Below, in pieces: positions 27,101 to 41,325 of a stretch of 64,000 nucleotides of DNA; within the stretch, counting starts at the first letter, position 1, and each line of letters starts with the position of its first letter. The translations under genes and the position numbers were made by a program. Origin of the DNA: the human T2T-CHM13v2.0 reference genome, Homo sapiens; the NCBI RefSeq assembly GCF_009914755.1, contig NC_060926.1. One strand, written 5' to 3'. The notes under the pieces are model-generated. The model saw only the letters and a program-made list of their open reading frames with translations, had not been told where the DNA came from and did no database searches.

Positions 27101-28982
27101 ACTACTACAATATTTTCCAGAGTGGCCACCATGCCTCATCTTTCAACATTTCCAAATCCCATTTGTCATATGTGTGTATCTACATTAGCTTGATACATCT
27201 TAAACCTTGGCCATGGTTTTCTCTTAGACAGAAACATCAGTGTTTTCTATTGATCCAGAAAGAAGTCCAAATTTCTCAGGTTCATATTTAGCGCCCTCCA
27301 CCCTGCCTCTCCATCCTCTGTTTATCCTCATCCTGACATAGTCCAACACAAAACCTAGGTCCTGTCATCACTAAATTTTTAGCGAGTCTTCGAATAACTT
27401 CCATTTCCTTCCATTACATATCATGTACATTCCTTAAACCCTCCACCATGCTGTAAGCACTTTAGGGGTAATATTCAAGCTGACTTCCTCTGTCTCCTAT
27501 AATAGCTAGCCAGGAGTGTGACACAGACTTCATTTTAGTTCTTATAGAACAAATCAGTGATTGTCCCCCACAAAGCCAAAGCCATTTCTACCTTCAAGTC
27601 TTTCTCGGACAATGCCCTCTTGGAGTGCTTCCTTCTGCTCACCTTACATTTTTTGATATTTTGGTGAGTTAAAGTTAATTTTCATCTAAAGTTTCCCTTT
27701 TCTTGGCATAAAGCTCCTGATAATCTGTTCTTATCATATTAGTTTTGGTGGCATTGGTAATTAAATTCCCCTTTTTATTCCTAATATTGTTTATTCATGT
27801 GTTCTGTACCTTTTATCTTGATCAATCTTGCTAGACGTTTGTTAATTTTATTACTTTTCACAAGGAGCCAACTTCTAGCTTTTGTTTTACCCTCTCTTTT
27901 GTATATTGCTTTTCTATTTTATTAATCTGCTTTTATCTTTATTGTATGTTTCTACTTGCTTTGGGTTTAATTTGCTGTTCTTTTTTTAACTTTCTAAGAC
28001 AGCTGCTTAGTTCAATACTTCTCAGCTTTTTTTCTTTTTCCAACATAAGCATTTGAGATTCTGGTCTTGCTATCACGATCGTTTTAATTGCATTTCATAA
28101 TGCAGGAAATTGCTACATAGCATTACCATTTAGTTTTAGATATTCTTGAATTCGTAATATGATTTTGTCTTTGATGTGTGAATGATTTAGGAGGGGGTGC
28201 TTGTATTTCCAAAAGTGAAGTTTTCCTAGTTATCTTTTAGCTACTATTTCTTACCTAATTGCTTTGTGAATTTAGCATGAAACCAAATCCTTTGAAATGT
28301 GTTGAGATTTTCTTTATGGTCCAATATATTGTTGATTTTGGTTGAAAAGATTTCATTGTCTTAATTGTTGGGTGGAATGTTCTAGAAATGTCCATTGTGT
28401 GAGGCAGCTAATAGTATCATTTCAGTTGATATTCTTAATGGTTTTATCCTCTGCCTAGGCTAATAGCTACCAAGATAGTTGTTAAACAAAATCTTTAACG
28501 TGGTAGTTTGTGTATTTTTCTGTATAGGTATAGAAATATTTGCTTTAAATATTTTCAGGATATATATTAGGTACATATGTATTAAGAGTGATTATGACTT
28601 TCTGATAAACTGAAACTGTTAACATTATATAGTGACCTTTTTTCTCTCTCTAGTTATATTTTTCCCTGAGTCAATTTTGTCTGATATTGATACAGTATTA
28701 TTTTTTTAATATTTATCTGGTATATATATCTTTTCATTATTTTACTTTCAATCTTGTGGTATCCTATGTCTTAGATATGTAGGACATATCTAACACAAAA
28801 CTGAATTTAAATAAATAACACAAAACTGAATTTATTTTTATCGTCTTCGATCTTTATCTTTTAACTGTAATATTTTATGTGTCAATATTTTTCATAATTA
28901 CTGATATTCCTACACAATATATTGATTTCTATGTATATATTCATACTCAACATATTTATTTGTGTTTTTTATTTATAGCATA

Positions 28983-29437
<455 letters not shown>

Positions 29438-29689
29438 TAATTTTTCTATTTATTTTGTCTGTTCTATATTTTCCTCTTTCTTGCCTTACTCTTGAGTTAT
29501 TTTATGTTTTATTATTACATTTCTCATCTTAGAAGCTTTACACTCTATTTTTCTTCTTTTAGTGAGTACCCTAGAAATTTTAACAAGCATATGTAACTTG
29601 AATTCTAGAGTTAATCAATATTTTGACCTTTAGCCTCAACAATGACTCTATAAGCCACTCTCTTTATCCCTCTTATCCCTCTCCTATTT

Positions 29690-30545
29690 TTTCACAGCTT
29701 TGAGATATAATTTGCATGCAATTTGCTCATGTAGAATGAACAATTCAATGATTTGTAGTATATTCAGAGTTGTGCAACCATTGCCACTATCTAATTTTAT
29801 AATATTTTCTTTTTTTTTATTATACTTTAAGTTCTAGGGTACATGTGCACAACGTGCAGGTTTGTTACATATGTATACATGTCCCATGTTGGTGTGCTGC
29901 ACCCATTAACTCGTCATTTACATTAGGTATATCTCCTAATGCTATCCCTCCCCACTCCCCGCCACCCCACGACAGGCCCCAGTGTGTGATGTTCTTCTTC
30001 CTGTGACCAAGTGTTCTCATTGTTCAATTCCCACCTATGAGTGAGAACATGCGGTGTTTGGTTTTTTGTCCTTGCAATAGTTTGCCGAGCATGATGGCTT
30101 CCAGCTTCATCCATGTCCCTACAAAGGACATGAACTCATCCTTTTTTATGGCTGCATAGTATTCCATGGTATATATGTGCCACATTTTCTTTATCCAGTC
30201 TATCATTGATGGACATTTGGGTTGGTTCCAAGTCTTTGCTATTGTGAATAGTGCTGCAATAAACATACCTGTGCACATTTTCATTACCCGCAAAAGACAC
30301 CCATACCCAGTTGCAGTTACTCCCCATTTTCCCCCACCTCTAGCTCCTGTCAACCACTAATTTAGTTCCTGTGACTATGGATTTCCCTATTCTGGAAAAT
30401 TCATGTAAATCTATTATACAATATGTGGTCTTTTATGACTGGTTTTTTTCACTTATCATAATGTTTTCAAGATTCATCTATGTTGTTGCATATATCATTA
30501 CTCCATTTTTGTGGTCAAATAATATTCCATTGTATTGATAGGTGT
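29690..30545 (-). mobile_element. L1MB-type 3' end, split by a younger L1PA
   Basis: acagctttgagatataattt...tattcagagttgtgcaaccattgccactatctaatttt resumes as cattttcattacccgcaaaagacacc. Confidence 0.75.
29810..30275 (-). mobile_element. 5'-truncated L1PA (L1PA4-like) 3' end
   Basis: tattatactttaagttctagggtacatgtgcacaacgtg; ORF2 C-terminus MFIAALFTIAKTWNQPKCP; TSD atattttc / acattttc. Confidence 0.92.
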
Positions 30546-32532
30546 TCTAAATATTTTTAAAACTAAAGTTGGCTTCAGTGATTATTTTAAACTTGAAGGC
30601 CCCTTCTTTATTTATTCCCTGATTTGAAATTATTTACTTTGTTGACTCTTCCTGCTAAGTCAAGTCATTAAATTTAGCTTTTTCAGTTCTTTGTAGGAGG
30701 CAGTTGAGTCAGGGAGCTACACTGGGGGACAAAGTAACCATCCAAAGGCCTTCTTTTCTGTCATTTGACTCTCCTGCCCATCCTTCTCCACAGATCAAAC
30801 CGTCTTCACTAGGGAGCCAGCATATTGAGGCCTCCCTCTCCTCATATTCCTTTGGCACTATTTTTAAGCCCTAAGTACGTCCATCTTGACAGAGATGGCC
30901 TTGTATTCAGTTACCGCTGACCATGATGAGAAGCCCTGGGTAGACATGGATGATCCCTACTGTTTTTCTCCATCTTTAGAAAGGCAGTCGACTTAGGTAT
31001 CTTTTGAAAGGCACTCGAACATATGGTAGGGAGAGGGTAGGTACTCAAGAAATAACTATTGAACAAATAAATGATCAGAGTCTTTGACTTCTATTTTCTT
31101 CCATGATGATTGAATTCTCTGAGCTAAATTTCATGTATCTGATTCCTGATGCCTGGATAAAGTGAGCTGAGATAAGGAGCTAATAATGCACCACTCTGGG
31201 CACCTTCTCTGGGCCTGGCTTTTTGATCTCAGTGGCGTGGAAGGGGGTCAAAGAGCAAGCTCTTATTATTTACAGCATCTACAGGGGTTGCAGGTGGATA
31301 CAGAACAAATCATCTTCCCCAGCCTGTCGCCATTGATGCCTCAGACTTCCGAGGACTGGGAGGAATTTGTTGCAATTTTGATTTCTCTAGTTCAGAGGGG
31401 GCTTAGATATATGTCTATCTTAAGCTCCTTATTGTCTTTCTGCATATCGTGTGGCAAAAGCAAGGTCTCAATGGAGCATATTCAAAAGGGAGATCCAGAG
31501 AGGCATTTGGATCAGATCTGATTAAACCATAATCCCCTTATTATTACCACCTTGGAAAGAAAGCACTGCCTAGCACCAGTGGTGGGGCATATTTTAGAGT
31601 TGCTTATATGGCTTGTTCTGGTAGGCAGGACACAGTGACCCAGGAGGCCTTATACTGACCTCATAGGTGGGGAAGTTGTCTTTGAATTTGCATTTTTAAG
31701 CCAAGCTGGGAATGGAGAGCACTGAGGTTGAACAGATGGGGCTGTGGTGTCTTCACTTCGGGGTAATGAGAAATCAGCATTCCCAGACAGCAGAGGGCTC
31801 AGGAGAGACACGATCCAGCAACTTAGGACAGTTTAGAGAGGGATTAGAGAGGCAGTGAAGAATCATCACTGCAGAGCTTTCTGCTGCTTCATGAAACCAA
31901 CACCCTGCCCTTATTCTTTCTTTCTGAAATAGAAGTTGGTTCATCAGGGATGTCTGATCTTAACACAGTTGAGAGAATGTATATCTCTTTTTTAAAAGAG
32001 CGAATAAGTGGAACAGAAATGAAAATATGGTGTTTCAGCCTAGCAATAACGGGGGAAGATTTCACATAAAACAAATCTAATTTATAGTTGGTGCTTGCGA
32101 AGGGTTGTGGAGCCTTACACATAATAGAGGCTTAATGGGTATTTGTTGAATTTAATGATTTGAATCATTTGCAGCAAAACAAATTCCACTTTGTCTGAAT
32201 TGCTCAGATCAGTTTCCTCCTCGCTCCATTTAGTGCAGCAGGCAGGTGAGAGTTTCCATGTGCAGTAGAACCACAGGATGATGGAACCATTGCCCATCTA
32301 CACACCATCCCCTCAGCCACAGAAGCATGTGACAGTTGTACTGAAACAGAAAGACCTTGGCCTGAGTCCTGGCATGAGTCCTGGCTTTCTAATTTACCCA
32401 TTAGAAAAAATACAGGACTCGTTGATGAGAAATAACATTTATAGGAAACAACACAATGTCTGGCACAGGCTGGCCCTCAATAAACTTTTGTTACAAAAAT
32501 AAATTGTGATTTCCCCACAAGGTAGTGTTTTA

Positions 32533-32863
<331 letters not shown>

Positions 32864-33249
32864 CTACTAAAATATCCATGCATTCTGAGAAAAACATGGA
32901 AAAGCCTAATAGCCTAAAAGTGTGAATTAACCTGTGACTTGTGATGATGTCTGAGATGCCTTTGGATTAATTATGATAAGATCTGTAGTTGATTGGAAAT
33001 CCTGAGCATGGGCTGGGGCTGATACCTTTATTTTTGGAAGGACAAGCGGCACACCCATAGCCCTGAAGCAAAGTTAGGAGAAGGCTACACTAAATGGAGA
33101 ACTCACAGAAAAATCTGCTTTCAAAAGAAATTGAGAATGTTTTAGTCCACCCAATTACTACTTATTTTTCTTTATCTGCTCAGAGAATATAAACCCCAAT
33201 TTAAATATGTGGGTTCTGGGCAGAAGCAGATCAAGTGAGGGGGCTTTTT

Positions 33250-33735
33250 TCAGTAGTGCAAGTAGAGGAAGGGGTTGTGACGAAAAGAAAGCACTCCAGG
33301 AACTGGAGTTTTCATCTGCAATTAAATGAAGATGCCTGGAAGTGGGCACTCAGGGATCCGGAGTCAGTCAACACTCTCCAGATGATGCTCATATGTAGCT
33401 AGGGTTGCAGTCCTCTAGAGAGATAATAATCAAAAGAGGTGTTTCTCAAAATATGTGTTAAAATACAGATAAAAGACCCTCCCTAAGACATACTAAATCA
33501 GAATTTGGGAAGGAAGGGCTGGGTCTTGGGATTCTGCCTTTTTTAACAAGCCCTTCAGCTGAGTTTTATGCTTACTTAAGTCTGAAAACTGATGACAGTG
33601 GATTGCAAACTTAGCTACATATTAGAATTGTTTGGGGAGCTTTAAAAAAAAAACCTGATGCAGAGGCCCCAGGGTTCAACCAGTTTAAAAGCTCCCCAGC
33701 GAGTTCAGTGTACTGCAAGGATTAAGAACCACTGA
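33250..33735. mobile_element. cluster of MER5A/B hAT MITE fragments
   Basis: repeated aacaagccc/aagctcccca...gattaagaaccactg ends; ctctagag/actagag target-like sites. Confidence 0.6.
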
Positions 33736-34064
33736 ACTAGAGGCTGTGTATATTAATAAACCAGTAAGCTTAAAATGTGGGAGAAAAATTCCTATGGCAA
33801 CAATACAGACCGAGAATCCATTCCTTTTGCTTATTGGTTACACACATTTCCAATTCCGAGATTATTAAGCTAATGAGGGAGCAATGGGAAGTGCTGCAAT
33901 GTGTGGCCAACCAGGCTTTACTAGCAGAGTCAAGGATTAAACACTAGATGCACTCCTTTTAAAACAGGAACGTGATAAGCATGTTCACAATCATTAAAAT
34001 TTGTTCTGGAAGTTTTCACTAATGAAATAAGACAGGACAGAAAAATGCAAGAGGAACTTGCATT

Positions 34065-34169
34065 TTTATCCCTCTCATCCCTCTCCTATTTTTCATAGCT
34101 TTGAGATATAATTTGCATGCAATTTGCTCATGTAAAGTGAACAATTCAATTATTTGTAGTATATGCAGA
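34065..34169 (+). repeat. direct locally templated copy of 29663-29768
   Basis: about 7 differences over 106 bp by hand alignment. Confidence 0.95.
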
Positions 34170-34396
34170 ATACTGAATATGTGTTAAACAGGTTAGCAAA
34201 ATTATATTTATTGTTGATGTTAGGGTCTCTTGCCTAGGACACCTGACGTATAACTAATAAGGATGCTTAGCAAGTTGATAAGATAGAAAGCAAACATTTA
34301 AAAAGCACTCTCTTTCCCATAATTTAACATTAACCAATTAGAAAAATAATAGATGATGATGTTATTCACATGAGCAAGGAAAATAAATCTAATGTC

Positions 34397-34713
34397 TTTT
34401 TTTTTTCCTTTTTTTTTTTGTTTTTTTTGAGACAGGGTTTCACTCTGTCACCCACACTGTAGTGCAGTGGTGAGATCATGGCTCACAGCAGCCTCCACCT
34501 ACCTGGTCTCAGGTGATCCTCTCACCCCAGCCTCCCAAGTACTTGGGACTACAGGTGTGTGCCACCACACTCGGCTAATTTTTGTATTTTTTAAAGTAGA
34601 GATGGGGTTTTGCCATGTTGTCCAGGCTGGTCTTGAACTCCTGGGCTCAAGCTATCCACCAGCCTCAGTCTCCCAAAGTGCTGGGAGTAGAGGCATGAGC
34701 ACCATGCCCAGCC
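34397..34713 (-). mobile_element. AluJ
   Basis: dimer with J-type ctcctgggctcaag; TSD aaaataaatctaat / aaaagaaatcttaat. Confidence 0.88.
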
Positions 34714-34719
34714 CAAAAA

Positions 34720-35800
34720 GAAATCTTAATTAAAAAGGTAAGATGTATAAGGAAACCACTTAGCATTAATGAGCAGTATAAAAGATGTCTTATATAAATG
34801 GAGAGATCCACCTTACGCATAGATAGGAAAGACTGATCTGTAACCATGTCAACTTTCTGCAAATTATAGTTTTAACACAATTTCAAATAAAGTCACAGTG
34901 TTTGCTTATTTAAAAATTGATATGATTATTCTAAAGTTCACCTAGGAGAATGAGTGAAGATTATTCAAGAAAATTGTGTAAAAGACATACATGTTACCTG
35001 CCCTACTGTTTATGACAATGTACAAAACTGAAAAATCCAGTGATATCTTTCAAGAGGAAAAAGTATTGTAAAAGACAGAATAGAAAAATGAATGAAATAA
35101 AAAGTGTTAAAACATCCCTAAATTACATATACATTCATGTGATTTGATAGTATTTCAGATCCTTGGAAAAATTAATTATTCAACAATTAGAACCAGAACA
35201 GTTGATTTACCTTTGAAGAGCATACTCAGGTTAGATTTCTACCTCGTGTAACAAAATTAATTCCAATTCAGTTAAATGCCCTTTTATAAATCAACATAAA
35301 AATGAGTACCTTAGTAGAAAATATATAAAGTTTATAAACCATTTTTAAACGAAGAAATGTAAGTGACCAACAAGAATGTGAATTTAAAATAACATATTTT
35401 TTTCATTTATTTACTTTGCAAAGAGAAAAGCTGCGAAGAGGTTGTGGTAAATTGGCCTCTCTTCTACTCTACTGTTGAGGGTGTAATTTCGCATAATCAT
35501 TTTCGCAGGGTAATTTGGAAGCATGTATTAAGTCTTAAGAATATGTATTCTTAAAATGTCCAGAACTTTCAGCAAGTAATTCCATTTCCAGGAATTTTTC
35601 TTTAGGATATAATCAGAGATTTGTGTAATGACTATTGCATAAGGATTCCTAGTACTACATTATTTTTATAGTGAAAATTAGGAAAAAAACCATAAATGTT
35701 CATAGTAGGGAATTGCTTAAATTTTGGTTTAGTTCTGTAATGTAGTTCTGTAAAACCTTAACAAACTGTCTTTTCAGAGAAAAAATGACAAGGGAAAAGT
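34720..35800 (+). mobile_element. old L1ME-type ORF2/3' fragment
   Basis: attattctaaagttcacctagg, gttagatttctacctc, cagcaagtaattccatttccaggaattt; approximate. Confidence 0.6.
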
Positions 35801-36513
35801 GTGGGCTGTTAGTAAAAAAAAAAAAAAAAACAGAGAAAAACTGCAAAAATTAATTTATATATTAGCTTTTGTGAAGAGGGAGTTTAAAACACCCCAGACT
35901 CTCTGGCGGAATCAAATCTGGGCATATTTTATTGAGTAATATATTAGGAAGTAAAATAACTTTGTGTAATTATAAGGTTTTGCTCAGATATGGGTGACTC
36001 TTCTCTTGCTTTTGTCTTGCCGGAATTAAAATGACACTTTGTATCTTTGACTATTTCTTCTTCTTCTCCTCCTAGAAGTGGGTATATGAGAAAGCAGGCA
36101 TGGACAAGAGGGCAGAAGCTGTTGCCATTGGGGAAGTATTCTCTCCTGCGATCTTTTTCTCTTTGTCCTTCTCTCTGGTGCCTGGAGCCTGGCATGGACT
36201 CTCCTTCCTTATGTTAAAGTAGTAGGAGGCAAGATCCCAATCCAGGCTTAGGAGAAGCAGAGAAGGTAGGGCCTTTGGTTTCCCCAGCACAAGGAAAAAC
36301 AGTCCTTCCTCTTGCTCATTAGAGCCACATGTTAGGGCTTGGGACCAAACATCAGGTATCAGTATGATCTAGCTGCACCTTACCCTCTGGATGTATTTAT
36401 TTCACTCGGAGACCTTTCACATTGTAGTGTTCTAGGACAGGATTGGGTGGTTTAAGCCTTGATCTAATACTATCTTAATCTCATCAGAATTTCTCTCTGT
36501 CTCGTCTCTCTCT

Positions 36514-36954
36514 TGAGAAACTGATTTTACAAATAGAGAATGGCCAGACCGTATATAAAAATAGAACTCTGACTCGCAATCTGTAGCAATCAGTCCAGAA
36601 GGACAAACCACAACCTCTGTAGCAATCAGCCCCAAACAGTCAGGAGTTGAATCAATAACTGCCAGCTGCACTATCTTTTGCCCTGTTTCCAGTTTAGAAC
36701 TAACCAGGGGAAGCTAAATACGCTCTCCTTTCCAATTACACAGGATGCCCTGATTCTAGTGAGCCTACCTCCAGCTTCCCTTATGCCAAAAACCTCCAAT
36801 AGTGGCATATCTGAATCTTCCCTTTTTGTTCATTATAAAGCTTTTATACTCCACTGCCTACCTTTAGTGTCTCTGAACTGGAAGTAATGTCCTTGCTCTA
36901 GCAAGCTCTGAATGATCTTTGCTTGTTCTCATTTGAGTGGTCTTTGTTTCCAGA
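36514..36954 (+). mobile_element. solo LTR (ERV1-like, family not resolved)
   Basis: TG start, repeated caacctctgtagcaatcagc, CCAAT, TATAAA box near 36834. Confidence 0.65.
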
Positions 36955-37448
36955 CTTTATCTGTGTATTTTCCTATAGGTATATGACTATATATACAGAG
37001 AAATATATACCATAAAGGGAGAAATATCTAGTATCTGTAGAAATATACACAATAACCACAATAAATATATATTGCTATATTAGTTTCATATTGGAAAACT
37101 AAATGCACAGGGTGGTCACATTGGAACTCAAGGAAGGCCTGGCTTCCAGCACACTTTCAAGAAGTTCTAAAACTCCAAAAAAGAAGAAAAACTATAGGCT
37201 GGAATCAAGGAAGTCTCTGGGAGTGAGAAACTGGAGCAGAAGCCAGGTGGAGACAGGAAGTCAGAGGTCAGTGTGATTTATCTGTAGTGCAATACAATTA
37301 TGTCAAAGACTAGTCTGGAAGTACTCTTGTGAGCAGAGAGGGAGAGAGACTGAAGGCAGGAATGCTAGCCAAGTCTCTTCAACAGTGTAGAAGAAATTCT
37401 GAGATCACCCAAGAAGAAGGGATAAAATACTACTTCTTCGAGCCATAT

Positions 37449-37980
37449 TGTGATGGCTAATTTTATGGGTCAATGTGACTGGGCCACTGGATGTCCAGAT
37501 GTTTGGTCAAACATTCTGAGTTTCTGTGAGGGTGTTAATGGATTAGATTAAGGTTAAAATCTTAACCTTAATCTAAAGCAGATTTTCCTCCACAATATGG
37601 TGGGCCTCATCCAATCAGTTGAAGGCTTGAATAAAGCAAAAGGCTGACCCTTTCTCAAATATGAAAGGATTAGCCCGTTTGAATGCCTTTTGAGTGAAAC
37701 ATCAGCTCTTCATCAGCTCTATCACAGCTACTGGCTGTTGGACTTAAACTATGACATTGGCCCTGTAGATCTTAGACTTGGCCTTCCTAATGACATGAAC
37801 GAATTCCTTATAATAAATTTCTTTATATATAGGATATACATATAAAATATAGAAAATTTATATACAGGATATAAATATATATATGCGTGCACACGTGTGT
37901 GTCTATAGAGGATATATATACATAGGCTACAGATAGAATATATATAGATTGTGTTTCTCTGGAGAACCCTATAGTATACT
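37449..37980 (+). mobile_element. MLT2D-type ERVL solo LTR
   Basis: tgtgatggctaattttatgggtcaatgtgactgggcc ... TA-rich tract ... tttctctggagaaccct. Confidence 0.85.
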
Positions 37981-39794
37981 ATAGCATAGGAAATGTTTCC
38001 TGTTCTATAGGAACCATTTTTCAAGTTTGATTAGACTTAAAAGGCTAAGCTGGTATTTTGAATGAAGGAAATTGAAGCTTTTAAGCTACAGAATGAAATC
38101 ATTAGTAGAAATGGAAAAACAAAGAAGGCCAGAAATGATATGGGGCAGGGGAAGTAGGGGATTGGCTAGTTCTCTTTGGAATATATTGAGTTTTAAATGA
38201 CAGTAGGATATCCAAGAACAGCCGAGGAGCTGTATATGTTTTATAAAACATCCTCTGTAATGTTATTTGAAAGGAAAAAAAAGCAGTGAGATATAAAAGT
38301 TTAATGGATTATAGAGAGACTGATTTCTTGAAACAATTATCCCCAGCTCTGACACCACAGGTTATCACCAGTTTTCTTAAGGAATGTCACCAAATTTTAA
38401 TCAAAATTAATTTTAGTTTATTTTGCTCACTAATCATGATCTGAAACAGCACACATCAGTGGGGATGAAGTGGAATGAAGTAGTCTCTCATATACCACTA
38501 ATATTTTGCAACAACAGGCAAGTTGTAATTGTTATGCAAAACTGTCTAGATTGCCAGTTTACACTGAACTCAGCAGGTGACCCCTTCACTCTCCAATTCT
38601 CTTTGCATGTGCATAACCAGACTCAATGGTGTACAGAGGGACTGCTCAAAAATGTTGACTGTCAAATGCATAAACATGAACCAGGGTTAGAAAAACAGGA
38701 TTAATGCAGCCTGCTTAATGAGTGTTCTCTGCAGAATGACTCTTCAGCAAGGAGGCAAATGTCCAATAGATTCAAGAATGTAACTGGAGCAGCAAAAACA
38801 GGTCCACTGGTGGCGTCACTCTCCGAGCTGTCTGATGCCCTGCTTTGCGCTTCAGTCCCTGCACACTGAATCGTTAACCTTTGGCACTGCGTAGGGTTCA
38901 GCATTTCAGAAGTGTCTTGATTATGAAAAATCTGCCAGCACTAATGGGGAACCTCTGACCCAGGTGCCAGCCCAGCCTTACAGCTCCACAGCTGCTGCAA
39001 TTTTGATTGAAAAACAGGTCTCTGGTGTCAGGAACAAAGTAACTGGGAATTGGGCCACCTGTAATAGTTACACTTTTATGCAAACCATGAAGATTCGTCT
39101 TATTTTTTTTCTTTTCTTCTTTTGCTGTCAAAGGACTGATTTCCTACATTGTCTGAACACAACACATACAAATCACCATCTTCAACTGCCTTCTACTCAT
39201 ATATTTCAGTTAGGGACCTACTGCATGCCAGCTCACTGCTAGTTGCTGTTTTTTTTTGTTTTGTTTTGTTTTTTTTTTTATGAGAGAGTGTCATGGTTAC
39301 ACACACCCACGCCCACATACACATGGATGCACATTGGTGCCAGGTGCTGTAAGTCACGTTAATCCTGCCTGGTAGTCAGATAAGAGGGAAATCATTGTAG
39401 ACTTGAGCAGCTGGGGAGGCTTCTTGGAAGAGGAGTAAGGGGCCTGGGCATGGAAGGATAAGTGGGATAGGCAGAGAAGAAGTGGAAAGGGCCTTTAAAG
39501 CTGAGAAAACAGTCTGGATTGGGGCTTTAAACCACTGGAGTTCTGCTTGGAGGTCATGTTTACATCACTAGTAATTAACGTATGACAGACCACAATGCTG
39601 ATTAAATATTAGCTTACCTATTTGTTGAGCCTTGTATATTCAGGGGATAGTAGACAGCATGCTCTGGATTTTTCAGAAATCCTCCAAAATAAAATGAGCC
39701 CCCAAACCCCCAAACAACCTCTGTAAGAGCCCCACCAACGTGTTTCTGTAGCTGTGTTTTCCCAGTTTCCTTTCGTGAAAGGACGTGATCATTG

Positions 39795-40284
39795 TGTGGT
39801 AGAACCCCGAAAGGTAGGCTCGAGTACCTAATGTGCAGTATGCCAAATGCTGACACATCATGGCTTAGGAGTAGAGAAAGGTTTATTTGATTTTGCCAAA
39901 GTGTGAGGGCAGGAGAGAGAGGCAAACTCTCAAATCTAACCTGCCTTTGAATATAACTGGGGGCTTTTATGAGTAAGGAAGGTATGCAGGAGGTGAGATC
40001 CCCCAATGATGAAAGCTGCTTGTGTCCTTCTGTGATCAAACTTCTGGATGCCACCACGGAGGTCTGCATGACCTAAGGATCATTGTTCTTTAAAAGAAAA
40101 ACAAGTTCATTCATCTTGCAGGCAGCCCCCATGGGTAAGGATATGAAGTTAATCAATTATGAGTGACTGCCCTCTACCAAAATGACTATGTGCAAGCAGT
40201 CATGCTTGGAGGAAGAAAAGGACAGAGAAAGGAAAATAAGTAAATCAAACACCTGATGATTTTTACCATATAGGCTTAGTTGCA
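39795..40284 (-). mobile_element. ERV1-type solo LTR
   Basis: TG...CA ends, minus-strand AATAAA (plus tttatt near 39882), candidate 4-bp TSD attg/atta. Confidence 0.65.
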
Positions 40285-40339
40285 ATTATACTTCTGTTCC
40301 GAGTGAACATGGGATTGTTCTAAAGACATTAACAAAGGT

Positions 40340-40600
40340 CTTTCATCCTGCTCACTCAGTCAACACAATTTCGGAGAGCCTCTTCTATGCCAAGCACCAT
40401 TCTAGGAAATGAGTATACCAGTGAAAGAAACAAAAATCCCTGTCCTTATATAGTTTATTTTGTAGTGTCTGTAGTGGGGAGAGATGGTCTTTTAATAAAA
40501 TTAATAAGTAATTTATGTAATAGTTTAGGAGGTGATTAAGTGATACAGAAAAGGTAAACCATACATGGGTTAAGGAAACAGGTGTACTAAGGTGTAGAAA
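40340..40600 (-). mobile_element. L2a 3' end (continues at about 48300-48700)
   Basis: cactcagtcaacacaattt...gagcctcttctatgccaagcaccattctagg. Confidence 0.7.
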
Positions 40601-40618
40601 TGCAACTATTTTTCCTGA

Positions 40619-40998
<380 letters not shown>

Positions 40999-41325
40999 AA
41001 TTCATCACTATTATCTAGAACATTTCATTGTCTGCCAAAGAAACCCTGTACCTGTGAGCAGTCACTATTCATTTCCTGCTTCCCTCAGTTCTTGGAAACC
41101 AACAGTACACATTCTGTGTTTCTATGGATTTGCCTGTTCTGGGCATTTCAAAGTAATTGAATCATATAATATGTAGCCTATTGTATCTGGCTTCTTTCAC
41201 GTATCTCAGGGGTGTTTAATCTTTTGTCTTTCCTGGGCAACATTGGAAGAAGAATTGTCTTGGGCCACACACAAAATACACTGACACTAATGATAGCTGA
41301 TGAGCTAAAAAAATTGCAAATAATC

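Noticed and set aside
30024-30353. 109-aa ORF with a novel N-terminus
   Set aside because: Chance fusion across the junction between the L1PA ORF2 end and the host L1MB.
35527-35546. 9-bp hairpins ttaagaata-tg-tattcttaa (also tctcaagac at about 51713-51737)
   Set aside because: Short enough to occur by chance in 64 kb of AT-rich DNA.
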